NCBI GenBank assembly: GCA_964488535.1
Contig: CAZAUT010000006.1
Coordinates: 1-52,572, forward strand
Origin: an uncultured Gammaproteobacteria bacterium
GTDB taxonomy: Bacteria > Patescibacteriota > Microgenomatia > UBA8517
Direction of reading: 5' to 3'
DNA: 52,572 nt
The position numbers and the translations under genes were made by a program. Under the pieces are notes generated by a model, which was not told the origin of the DNA, searched no databases, and worked only from the letters and a program-made list of their open reading frames with translations. Numbering within the stretch: the stretch's first letter is position 1; every line of letters starts with the position of its first letter. Below, in pieces: positions 43,339 through 51,050 of this stretch.

Positions 43339-44031
43339 TTATGTTATTGGAGTGGTAAATTCAAAGGGGTCCTGTCCCTTTTGCTGAAGAACAAAATTCG
43401 ATTTAGATTTCGTAGAACTAATTACCGTTCCCCAACTCGCGATCGTGTCGGTTAAGTGTGTATCAACTTCACCCGAACTTCTTACAACAACGTGCATTCC
43501 GGCACGCCACCCGTTTATGACCAGATCCTGCAGATGTGTGAGTGGTGTATGGGACACTTTAATTTTTTTACCATTTATGTCTATTGTGTCAGTTCCCAGA
43601 TTCTTTCCCATATTAAAGAGATGAGTATAACCAAACACTCCTATATCTTTAATGACCAAAAGCGAATGCTTATTGTCCTTTCTCCATTTTGGAATGTACG
43701 GAGGAGTTGCTGTACTTTTACTTTTCAAAGAGTCTGCTCTCAACCTTGAATTGATATCAGATTCGCTCCGTATCCTCTTTTCCATCAGGTTCCAAGCATC
43801 AATAATTGCTTTAGTTCCCACACCTATAGTTACAACATTTATACCTTTTTCTTCCGCCGATTCCAGCAGTTTATTAAGAAGCGGTTCCGTGGCCTCATAA
43901 TCGCCTTTTATCAATATACTTGAAAAAGGTCCCGAGAGATCAACTTTAACCGGAAAATCGTATTCATTAATACCCAAAAAGATTTCATCAGGAAAAACAG
44001 TCAATTTATCAAAACCACTCTCACGACTCAT
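43339..44031 (-). CDS. Hypothetical protein, possibly a degenerate FtsK/SpoIIIE-like P-loop fold lacking Walker A
   Basis: 231 aa from MSRESGFDKL. The element order VDLSGPFSSILIKGDYEATE / LLVIKDIG / RAGMHVVVRSSG / ASWGTVISSTKSKSNFVL parallels FtsK motor elements, but GxxGxGKS is absent. Confidence 0.3.
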   Translation of the reverse strand: MSRESGFDKLTVFPDEIFLGINEYDFPVKVDLSGPFSSILIKGDYEATEPLLNKLLESAEEKGINVVTIGVGTKAIIDAWNLMEKRIRSESDINSRLRADSLKSKSTATPPYIPKWRKDNKHSLLVIKDIGVFGYTHLFNMGKNLGTDTIDINGKKIKVSHTPLTHLQDLVINGWRAGMHVVVRSSGEVDTHLTDTIASWGTVISSTKSKSNFVLQQKGQDPFEFTTPIT

Positions 44032-44041
44032 AGTAATGCGT

Positions 44042-44069
44042 ATTATATACTCAAATACCCGTAAATCAA
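44042..44069 (-). promoter_or_regulatory. Sigma70-type promoter TTGATT-N16-TATAAT, 10 nt before the ATG at 44031
   Basis: Read on the minus strand. This supports the trimmed start of the 43339 gene. Confidence 0.55.
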
Positions 44070-44234
44070 GTGTCCTGATACAAATCCACATTTCAATTCT
44101 ACCAATAGTAGTCTCAAATCTTATGTCCCATGTGTACCATTGGTACATCCACTCCAACAATTACAATCATCCATCAAAATACAAAATTTAGAATATAGTG
44201 TTTGAATTATTATATCTCAAAGTGCAGCAACAAC

Positions 44235-44264
44235 TTGCATAAACGGTAAAGTTTTTTGTAAAAT
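44235..44264 (+). promoter_or_regulatory. Promoter-like TTGCAT-N18-TAAAAT, 11 nt before the ATG at 44276
   Basis: The hexamers were read directly. The spacer is slightly long. Confidence 0.4.
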
Positions 44265-44275
44265 ACGCAATCAAT

Positions 44276-44644
44276 ATGGAAATAATAAAGATAGGAAACA
44301 CGGTAAATGTTAGATGTCCTTTGCTTGCAACCGGCAGAACAATAGATGACAGTACGGAAGAACTTTGCCTAGGATATCTTAGGTGCCCTCATTTCAGAGA
44401 CGGAAAATGCAATATTGCCACAGTATCAACAGTAAAAAGAAGCAAACCCACAAGACCATTGGGTTGCCAGTTAAACAATGATCCGTACTGGGAAAATCGT
44501 CCAAACGGGGTATGCAGGGTAACAGGATGCCCGTATTTTGGCAAAATCTGCCAAATTTCCAAGCAACCGATAGGGCGTGACGCTTTTCCTACAGATATGG
44601 TTGCAGTAGCTGCGCCTCCAAAACCTTCAATCTTCAAACCTTAA
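44276..44644 (+). CDS. Small Cys-motif protein (two C-x5-CP-[HY]-F-x3/4-C units)
   Basis: 122 aa containing LCLGYLRCPHFRDGKC and GVCRVTGCPYFGKIC. The C-terminal half aligns with the 46318 protein. Its stop overlaps the abiEii stop. Confidence 0.6.
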   Translation: MEIIKIGNTVNVRCPLLATGRTIDDSTEELCLGYLRCPHFRDGKCNIATVSTVKRSKPTRPLGCQLNNDPYWENRPNGVCRVTGCPYFGKICQISKQPIGRDAFPTDMVAVAAPPKPSIFKP

Positions 44645-45408
44645 TCAATCTTAATATTTTTGATCTTTTCCAACAGTAATCTTTTGATATGTACAACAAC
44701 TCCCCTTTCCCGTCTTGGTAAAAATCTTCTAACGTCCGAGTCCAAATCCGTAATATTCCAAAGATTAATTTTTTTTATCAATTCATCTTTTTTGAATTTT
44801 TGATTGTAATATTTTAAATTTTTTCCGATAAAATTTTTGTCAAAAACGTCATATTTTGATAAAATGTACCACAAGTCATAAATATCCCTTCCCTTTTCCC
44901 TATTCATGACAGCTCTGATTTTCTCCGAAAATATTTCTTTTATTGACAAGTGTTTAACAACTACCACAGTTGACACCGGAAGTTCAGAAACAATTGGGTC
45001 CGATTCAGGATCAAGCACGTTTTCACTCTTGGAAAAATCAAGTTTAATTGTCAAATTCTGCGGACTGACATCTGTTTTCAGATAAATTTTAAAGCTGTGT
45101 CCGTGCAGAGTTTTTAAATCTTTTAAACTTATATCTTTATATTCGTACGCCAACGTTTTAATCACTTTTGAAAGCAGACTCTTAATTTCATTTTCCGACA
45201 GATCGGTCGTAAAATCCAAATCCTCGGAATACCTGCTTGAACCGTAAATAAGTCTTAAACACGTTCCTCCTTTAAAAAAGGTGCCTATCGCACGATCTTC
45301 GGAATAAAACGCATTTAAAAAACTAATCTGGACGATTTCCCGCAAAAGCGAGAAGTTGTCAATATCATATTTAATTGATAAACGTGTTAATGTGTTGGTG
45401 TCTATCAT
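44641..45408 (-). CDS. abiEii: AbiEii/AbiGii-family nucleotidyltransferase toxin (type IV TA)
   Basis: 255 aa. The motif FKGGTCLRLIYGSSRYSEDLDF is the family signature. There is a 4-nt ATGA overlap with the upstream antitoxin gene. Confidence 0.8.
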   Translation of the reverse strand: MIDTNTLTRLSIKYDIDNFSLLREIVQISFLNAFYSEDRAIGTFFKGGTCLRLIYGSSRYSEDLDFTTDLSENEIKSLLSKVIKTLAYEYKDISLKDLKTLHGHSFKIYLKTDVSPQNLTIKLDFSKSENVLDPESDPIVSELPVSTVVVVKHLSIKEIFSEKIRAVMNREKGRDIYDLWYILSKYDVFDKNFIGKNLKYYNQKFKKDELIKKINLWNITDLDSDVRRFLPRRERGVVVHIKRLLLEKIKNIKID

Positions 45409-45986
45409 ATTTTCTTTAATATCCGTTTGATTGCTTTAATATTGAAGACTTTTATATAACTATTCAACAGCTTTCGATTGATGATTGAAAAATCAAGCTC
45501 AGACATATCGATTTTCCGTAATCCCTTTGTTTGTAAATAGATAATATCAAGAAGCGCTTTTTCCGGTTTCGCGATTAAAAAATCGTCCGTTTTCTCATAT
45601 CCCCAAAAATATTTCGCGTCCATATGCTGATATTCAAAATTATATATGGAGTCAATTTCAACTGACTTTTTTAATGTTACCGATGTAACAATATAGGGAA
45701 ACTGAGGCAAAACACCCCAAAAATTCAGAGCGCTTTCAAAACTAATATATGACGGGGATACAACAAAATTTGCCATAGAAAAAGTGCTATAACTTGAGTT
45801 TTCCAATACATATTTTCCTTTTACAATACGCCTGATTATCCCATTTTTTTCAAGTCTTTGAATTATTTTATATATATTGTTGCGATTGTTCTCATCCATT
45901 AAACTTGCTATTTCGGTTCTTGTAAAAAATTTCAGCTTCTTCTCCTGAAGTTTTTTGATTATATCTAATTGTTTTATAGATGCCAT
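45405..45986 (-). CDS. abiEi: AbiEi-family antitoxin / transcriptional regulator
   Basis: 193 aa with an N-terminal wHTH (FFTRTEIASLMDENNRNNIYKIIQRLEKNGIIRRIVKGKYV). It is translationally coupled to abiEii. Confidence 0.75.
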   Translation of the reverse strand: MASIKQLDIIKKLQEKKLKFFTRTEIASLMDENNRNNIYKIIQRLEKNGIIRRIVKGKYVLENSSYSTFSMANFVVSPSYISFESALNFWGVLPQFPYIVTSVTLKKSVEIDSIYNFEYQHMDAKYFWGYEKTDDFLIAKPEKALLDIIYLQTKGLRKIDMSELDFSIINRKLLNSYIKVFNIKAIKRILKKI

Positions 45987-45996
45987 ATTTGGTATA

Positions 45997-46025
45997 ATTA
46001 TATATTAATCCTATCATCGTGTCAA
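45997..46025 (-). promoter_or_regulatory. Consensus sigma70 promoter TTGACA-N17-TATAAT for abiEi-abiEii, 10 nt before the ATG
   Basis: Read on the minus strand, the -10 is at 45997-46002 and the -35 at 46020-46025. Both hexamers are perfect. Confidence 0.6.
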
Positions 46026-46059
46026 GAGCAAAAGAGTGTTTTATTAACAGAGATCTGCT

Positions 46060-46225
46060 TTTAAGAGGGTATTCCTGTCGTACGGGTTGCAGGGAGATCC
46101 CTGTTGAAACATCCGTGCATAGATAAACTACCGAGGGCTAAGAGCCCTCTGTATTCTCACCCTTCGGGCTCAACAAGTATATCATTCGTTCGCTTCATCC
46201 CAGGGCTAAAAGCCCTGGGTGTTCG
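46060..46225. ncRNA. Candidate structured RNA / palindrome cluster (unclassified)
   Basis: Hairpins are at 46090-46103 (cagggagatccctg), 46133-46149 (gagggct-aag-agccctc) and 46199-46219 (cccagggc-taaaa-gccctggg). An alternative pairing joins 46143-46148 with 46166-46171. The overlapping 67-aa ORF looks non-coding. Confidence 0.3.
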
Positions 46226-46275
46226 CGATGATTATGATAAAATCCACAAATTCGTACAGATAATACAAAGTACGA

Positions 46276-46305
46276 TTGACAAATACCGCGCAGATGTCTT
46301 ACAAT
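46276..46305 (+). promoter_or_regulatory. Sigma70-type promoter TTGACA-N18-TACAAT, 12 nt before the ATG at 46318
   Basis: The hexamers were read directly. Confidence 0.5.
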
Positions 46306-46317
46306 AAGCCCCAAAAT

Positions 46318-46518
46318 ATGAGACGCAAAACATACGAATTCGCAGAAGAGTGCATTTTAAATGAGGCATGGCGGAAACCGGGAAAATTTCCAGGGGTGTG
46401 TAGGGTCCAAACCTGTCCATTATATCAACAAGGCTGCAGATATTCTGAAAATCCGATAAGGGACCGCGTTTCGTTTCCTTACCAGGACACCGTGCCCAGT
46501 GAAGTAGCAGCAAAATAA
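46318..46518 (+). CDS. Small Cys-motif protein (paralogue of the C-terminal half of 44276..44644)
   Basis: 66 aa, MRRKTYEFAEECILNEAWRKPGKFPGVCRVQTCPLYQQGCRYSENPIRDRVSFPYQDTV. It aligns with CQLNNDPYWENRPNGVCRVTGCPYFGKICQISKQPIGRDAFPTDMV. Confidence 0.6.
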   Translation: MRRKTYEFAEECILNEAWRKPGKFPGVCRVQTCPLYQQGCRYSENPIRDRVSFPYQDTVPSEVAAK

Positions 46519-46677
46519 TATTCCGACCGTGTAGCGAAAGTATCATTTTCTTCGTAATTGTCATAGAAATTTCATTCAACTAACAAAATAATTTAATAGT
46601 TATATCGATTGAAAAAAGCGGTTATAAATTGCGTTTGACTTCGTCCTCCCTTCAGTGGTATATTATGGGACAAAATT

Positions 46678-47787
46678 ATGAATACAGAAATAATTCTCCC
46701 ATCACAAGAATCTGCAAGGCAACTTAACATTGCACCTGATTATGCTGAGTTTATCCAACATAGAAACAGTGAATATTCGGATGCCTTAAGATCTTTGGGT
46801 GAAAAATTCAAACGAATGGGGTTTGGAAGTGGTCCGGGAATGGACATTAGAATTAGAGCCGATGTAATTTCACAAACATACATGAACATTCTTCAGACAA
46901 TTAGGGAAGGCAGTAATGTATCACTTGCTTTAATTAAAACAATGAATCAATTAGGTGGCGGAAGTGGAACGACTGTCGAAGATCGCTTTGATTTGGCGAT
47001 AAGTGCATCCAGAACTTTGCTTCATTCTATGGGTGGTTCTGGAGGTACGTTTTCACTTTTCAGACGCGATAATTCTTTAAATCTAACCGCTGGGTTGGGA
47101 ATTTATGATCCCTACAAAGGCCCATTAAAAGTTATAGTCGACGGTGCTCCAAAAACAAAAAGACTTCTTCAGGAATTAAAAGCTGAAACTCATAAAACCG
47201 GTTCTTCAGCCGCTAGACTTTCTCGAAAGCTTGATCACAGTTTAAATTCTTTGTCTAATCAAGCCCAGGGAGCGGATGAAAGTATGGGTTATATGACTAA
47301 ATTTCAGGATGACCGAGATAATGCCACCGACAATTTGGATACAATTTACACTGCTGCACAAAACAAAGAACCTTTAAGAGGCCCTGTTGATGCTTTTGCA
47401 TTCAGTGCCAGAAACGCTGCACAGAGCAGTCAAGGTGCCATAAAATCTAACAAGGACCTGGGTAAAGTGTTGCAGGAAGCTGCAGCATCCACCTCAATAC
47501 TAAGTCAAATCGCGGCACTTGTACAAGCACATAGAAGTGCTGAGATCTCGCGCGGTGTTGAAGCACTGGTTCATACCTCAGCTCCTTTTTGGCTTTTTGA
47601 AACGATGGCACACGAAACAGAAAGGGCGCAATTTGTAACCACACATATATTATTAAAAATGCTTGCATACATGCGACACGGAGAAGAGAACATTCCAAGT
47701 GAAATCATGGAAACAGGAGGCCGACTTCTATCGCCACGGGGTTTGAAAGATGAGATCATTGAATCAACTTGTATTGATGCTGAATAA
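46678..47787 (+). CDS. Hypothetical protein, Gly/Ser-rich and helical
   Basis: 369-aa ORF behind TTGACT-N18-TATATT. It has no recognisable motif. Confidence 0.65.
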   Translation: MNTEIILPSQESARQLNIAPDYAEFIQHRNSEYSDALRSLGEKFKRMGFGSGPGMDIRIRADVISQTYMNILQTIREGSNVSLALIKTMNQLGGGSGTTVEDRFDLAISASRTLLHSMGGSGGTFSLFRRDNSLNLTAGLGIYDPYKGPLKVIVDGAPKTKRLLQELKAETHKTGSSAARLSRKLDHSLNSLSNQAQGADESMGYMTKFQDDRDNATDNLDTIYTAAQNKEPLRGPVDAFAFSARNAAQSSQGAIKSNKDLGKVLQEAAASTSILSQIAALVQAHRSAEISRGVEALVHTSAPFWLFETMAHETERAQFVTTHILLKMLAYMRHGEENIPSEIMETGGRLLSPRGLKDEIIESTCIDAE

Positions 47788-47835
47788 GATCACTAATTCC
47801 TAATTATGGAAACAAGGTAAGAAAAATTAATTTCC

Positions 47836-48561
47836 ATGTCTGCAGAAAATACAGCTGCAAGTTTTTTCCGACAAGCTCCCCCACTTTGTGAACAGAGGTT
47901 TGATTATCTTTTTGCCGATGATTTCAGATTAAGAATAACTGCAGGAGATGTTGCAAAAACGGGAGGAGAAATTGCTTGGGAAAACAGAGGGTATATAAAA
48001 GGAGCTGCTTTGGGAATCAGTACAATTTTATTAAGCGGCTGCGGATCAAACTCATCGGAAGCTGTTAATATCAATTTGACACCAGCGGAAGGTTGGGGAA
48101 TAGGAAGCGGATTATTTTGGGCACTTGAAGAGGTATTTGAAAAAGATAAACACCCAAGTGTGTTAGGCAAAGTATTAGCAATTCCAATAAAATTTATCGG
48201 TGGGTATTTGCTTGGACGTGGACTAAGTACAAACTTGCAAAATATAAACGACTGGGGCCTTCTTGAAAACTTAACACCAGCAGTAGAAACTCTTGGTGGT
48301 GCAGTTATTGTGGCAAAAGAAACAAGCATCAAAGCGTTAATAGCCACGTTTTTTCATGCCACAGCAAATGCCGGAAAAACAGCTGTAAATAAAATTACCG
48401 CACCCGGAAGACAACACCGTGAAGATTTACTAAACGAAGCGTTGGGAATAATAAGCAGTAGGGGCTGTACATACCGGCGTGCAGTTACAACTCTAAAAAG
48501 AATCAATATGACGGACGAAGAAATTATAACTACCTTAAGAGCTCATAGGTGGAATGTTTAG
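47836..48561 (+). CDS. Hypothetical membrane protein or lipoprotein
   Basis: 241 aa with hydrophobic segments, including GAALGISTILLSGCGSNSS (lipobox-like). Confidence 0.6.
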   Translation: MSAENTAASFFRQAPPLCEQRFDYLFADDFRLRITAGDVAKTGGEIAWENRGYIKGAALGISTILLSGCGSNSSEAVNINLTPAEGWGIGSGLFWALEEVFEKDKHPSVLGKVLAIPIKFIGGYLLGRGLSTNLQNINDWGLLENLTPAVETLGGAVIVAKETSIKALIATFFHATANAGKTAVNKITAPGRQHREDLLNEALGIISSRGCTYRRAVTTLKRINMTDEEIITTLRAHRWNV

Positions 48562-48723
48562 ACTGAAATCAAACAAACATTCATACTCACTCAAATTGAT
48601 CAGCAATGGAAAGCAAATATATAAAAATTAAACTCTTGTTTTTTAACTTATAGCATTAGGCGTCTTCATTTCCCATGCCGAGACAAGTAAGAAATTTCGA
48701 AGATTAGACGTAACAAAGATCAA

Positions 48724-49143
48724 ATGAAAGAATTACAAACACGCACCTACGAATTGAACCCCTTGCGGAGATCACCAATCCTCGCAAGGATACAAACAAT
48801 TACTGCTGCTTCTGCAGTATCGTTGACAACTTCGGGTTGCAAAGCCGACGAAATTGCAAAAACATGGGGAGATTTTAAAAATTTCGCATGTGACACATGT
48901 GTCGTTGGCAGTGCTTTTTTTACTATACTCTATCTTTCAACAATTCTACCCGGGAAAATTAATGAGACGAGAGCCATGCTCGACCTTCGGGATAATCCCA
49001 ATATAAATGATGAAGAATTTAAAAAATTGTCAAACCGCTACCATCATGGCGATGATGAATTGTTCTTAGAATACTTGAGGACTTACGAACCTAGTATACC
49101 TATGAAAATTATTCTCTCGATGCTGGGCGATGAAGAAGTTTAA
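48724..49143 (+). CDS. Hypothetical membrane protein or lipoprotein
   Basis: 139 aa containing AASAVSLTTSGCKADE and one further TM helix. Confidence 0.55.
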   Translation: MKELQTRTYELNPLRRSPILARIQTITAASAVSLTTSGCKADEIAKTWGDFKNFACDTCVVGSAFFTILYLSTILPGKINETRAMLDLRDNPNINDEEFKKLSNRYHHGDDELFLEYLRTYEPSIPMKIILSMLGDEEV

Positions 49144-49221
49144 GTTAAAATTGACTATAGTAACAAATGTAATTTTATAGCTAGCAAACACAATTTCATA
49201 TTTAAATACATCCAAATACAG

Positions 49222-49249
49222 TTGAATTATATAAAAATACATATATAAT
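49222..49249 (+). promoter_or_regulatory. Sigma70-type promoter TTGAAT-N16-TATAAT upstream of 49273
   Basis: The hexamers were read directly. The leader is 23 nt. Confidence 0.45.
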
Positions 49250-49272
49250 ATATAAACATTATAGGTCTTTCT

Positions 49273-49905
49273 ATGAGAAAAATTGAGGCTACTTTCATTT
49301 CTGCAGAAGATGTCATCAGAAAACTTTTAGCCGGAAATACATATATGAGAGGCGAATGCAGGGGGCGTTCCGGTCTTTTACCCGGAATACAATGCGCTCT
49401 GGATGCTGAACCAGAAAAAGAAGAAGAACCTGCGCTGACGCCGCGTGAACAGAAAGCATTCGATAAAGAAAATAGAAGAATTCAAAAGGAAAAAGAAAAG
49501 GAACGGAAAAAACATCCTAATCTAGTGGTAATTGATTTTAGCGGAATAGACGAACGACATGAAAATAATATGCATTTATTACTTCGACCTTCATCCGGGA
49601 AAACATGTAAAAATTGTCATATTTCGATAAATGGCCACGCAAGAATAGTTTCAACGAATAGGGTGATTGCTGAAGAATGTGGTTCAACAGTAATGCATCC
49701 AAACACCCCTATTACAATAGAGGACGATCAAAAAGGTTTAAGAGTTACCGAAGCGATATTTACAGAATCACCGCATTCCTCTTCACAGACTCGGATTCAG
49801 AAAAAAATTGTAGTTAGTCAAAACCTTGATGATGGCAGATGGACAGGAACTTCGACCACTGAAGTTCATCGAATCGCTGGTACACCGGGAAAAAGACGAG
49901 GTTGA
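49273..49905 (+). CDS. Hypothetical protein with a KE-rich stretch and a CxxC pair
   Basis: 210-aa ORF containing GKTCKNCHISINGH. It has no recognisable family motif. Confidence 0.55.
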   Translation: MRKIEATFISAEDVIRKLLAGNTYMRGECRGRSGLLPGIQCALDAEPEKEEEPALTPREQKAFDKENRRIQKEKEKERKKHPNLVVIDFSGIDERHENNMHLLLRPSSGKTCKNCHISINGHARIVSTNRVIAEECGSTVMHPNTPITIEDDQKGLRVTEAIFTESPHSSSQTRIQKKIVVSQNLDDGRWTGTSTTEVHRIAGTPGKRRG

Positions 49906-49956
49906 GATTTACTTCTCCATTTCAATTGTTGATTACAGAAAATAATCCCCAATTGG

Positions 49957-49965
49957 TGATATAAT
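49957..49965 (+). promoter_or_regulatory. Extended -10 element TGaTATAAT, 15 nt before the ATG at 49981
   Basis: The sequence ggTGaTATAAT was read directly. No good -35 is present, as expected for an extended -10 promoter. Confidence 0.45.
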
Positions 49966-49980
49966 CTTCTTTTATCATTT

Positions 49981-50391
49981 ATGCCTGAAAAGCCTGAACG
50001 GAATATTGAAACAATTGATATTGAAAAGGTGGTCAGAAATATAGTTAATGGTCTTCCATTAAATTCTCCTTGTCTTGTGCGGGAAGGAATATATCCAAAT
50101 ATTTTCTGTCCGTATGAAGGAATACCATATCCAAGATGTGTTGTTTGTCCGTTTGCGAAAAATACTTTTATAAGACTTGAAAACCGATTAAATACCGCAA
50201 GTTTGACAACCGAAGATCCGGATGGTTGGTTTTCTGTCCGTAGAATATCAAGTATTCCCGCGGGAAAAACCTTTGGGAATGACCGATGGGCTTCGTATAA
50301 GTTAAATCCCGGCGGCAACTGGCTTCAGGCAACAATTATTCAAGGCGGTCTTCACGGAAGAATGAATGCCAGCGTGAGACAGATTAAGTAG
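49981..50391 (+). CDS. Hypothetical Cys-motif protein
   Basis: 136 aa containing SPCLVREGIYPNIFCPYEGIPYPRCVVCPFAKN. Its last 11 codons are duplicated at 50969-51002. Confidence 0.55.
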   Translation: MPEKPERNIETIDIEKVVRNIVNGLPLNSPCLVREGIYPNIFCPYEGIPYPRCVVCPFAKNTFIRLENRLNTASLTTEDPDGWFSVRRISSIPAGKTFGNDRWASYKLNPGGNWLQATIIQGGLHGRMNASVRQIK

Positions 50392-50394
50392 AAA
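50361..50394. repeat. Direct repeat copy 1 (3' end of 49981..50391)
   Basis: The sequence aatgaatgccagcgtgagacagattaagtagaaa compares with 50969-51002, aataagtgccggcgtgagacagattaagtagaaa. That is 34 bp with 3 mismatches, and the last 23 bp are identical. Confidence 0.9.
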
Positions 50395-50429
50395 TGAAAG
50401 GTCGTCTATTCCGGACAATTTAACTTTCT

Positions 50430-50858
50430 TCAAAACGTAAGGGTTCCTTTTAAGGCATCTCTACCCAAAACGGCAGAATATCTTTTCCCCAATGACCGAT
50501 ATTCTGTTGCACCGGAACTCAAACATCCTTCTTCTACCAGCTCTTTTTCGTCCTCCTGAAGGTAATAATGGTAAAGATAAAAAACTCCCCTATCCGTTCC
50601 GATCTTTTCAATTGCAACACGCAATCTCCCCTCTTCTCTCTTTCGTTCGTTATACCCCAAATCATACATGACACTATTCATCAAGTGAAAATCCACCGTT
50701 CCTTCCAAGATACCAAGTTTTTGTTGGATTTCCGCCTTTGTTAATACATTACCGCACAAACAGCCTACCAGTCTGCTTTCCATCTCCGTTTTTTCTGTTT
50801 CGGAAAAAACGCTATTTCGCGTTCTTCTGTTATCTCTTACTTGTTCACTGGTGGTCAT
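50430..50858 (-). CDS. Hypothetical protein, possibly a wHTH regulator; sole gene of a repeat-flanked cassette
   Basis: 142-aa ORF. The upstream minus-strand reading is TTGAAT-N17-TAATAT, 13 nt before the ATG. Confidence 0.55.
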   Translation of the reverse strand: MTTSEQVRDNRRTRNSVFSETEKTEMESRLVGCLCGNVLTKAEIQQKLGILEGTVDFHLMNSVMYDLGYNERKREEGRLRVAIEKIGTDRGVFYLYHYYLQEDEKELVEEGCLSSGATEYRSLGKRYSAVLGRDALKGTLTF

Positions 50859-50968
50859 AAAATATTGATCTTATATTAATACATTATGCTTATTTATTCA
50901 ATCCAATGTAATATTTGTACCCAGTTTATAAATGAACCAAACATTTCGTTCTTGTACCATAATCTTAA

Positions 50969-51002
50969 AATAAGTGCCGGCGTGAGACAGATTAAGTAGA
51001 AA
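50969..51002. repeat. Direct repeat copy 2 (orphan copy of the 3' end of 49981..50391)
   Basis: See copy 1. It reads ..VRQIK-stop in frame but has no gene body upstream. Confidence 0.9.
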
Positions 51003-51003
51003 A

Positions 51004-51023
51004 GGCAGGCTGCCTGCTGTTTT
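51004..51023 (+). terminator. Weak intrinsic-terminator-like hairpin (ggcagg-ctg-cctgc + tgtttt)
   Basis: A short GC stem followed by a T-run lies directly after repeat copy 2. It is plausibly the original terminator of the 49981 gene. Confidence 0.3.
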
Positions 51024-51029
51024 CCTAAT

Positions 51030-51050
51030 TTACATCCGTTTCGGTGCTTG
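51030..51050. repeat. Degenerate duplicate of the argS 3' end
   Basis: The sequence ttacatccgtttcggtgcttg compares with 51130-51150, ttacattcgttccggcgcttg (18/21 identical). The minus strand reads QAPKRM-stop against the genuine QAPERM-stop. Confidence 0.7.

Noticed and set aside
46104-46307. 67-aa plus-strand ORF in the abiEi / 46318 spacer
   Set aside because: It runs through the hairpin cluster and the TTGACA/TACAAT promoter of the next gene, and it has no start context or coding-like composition.
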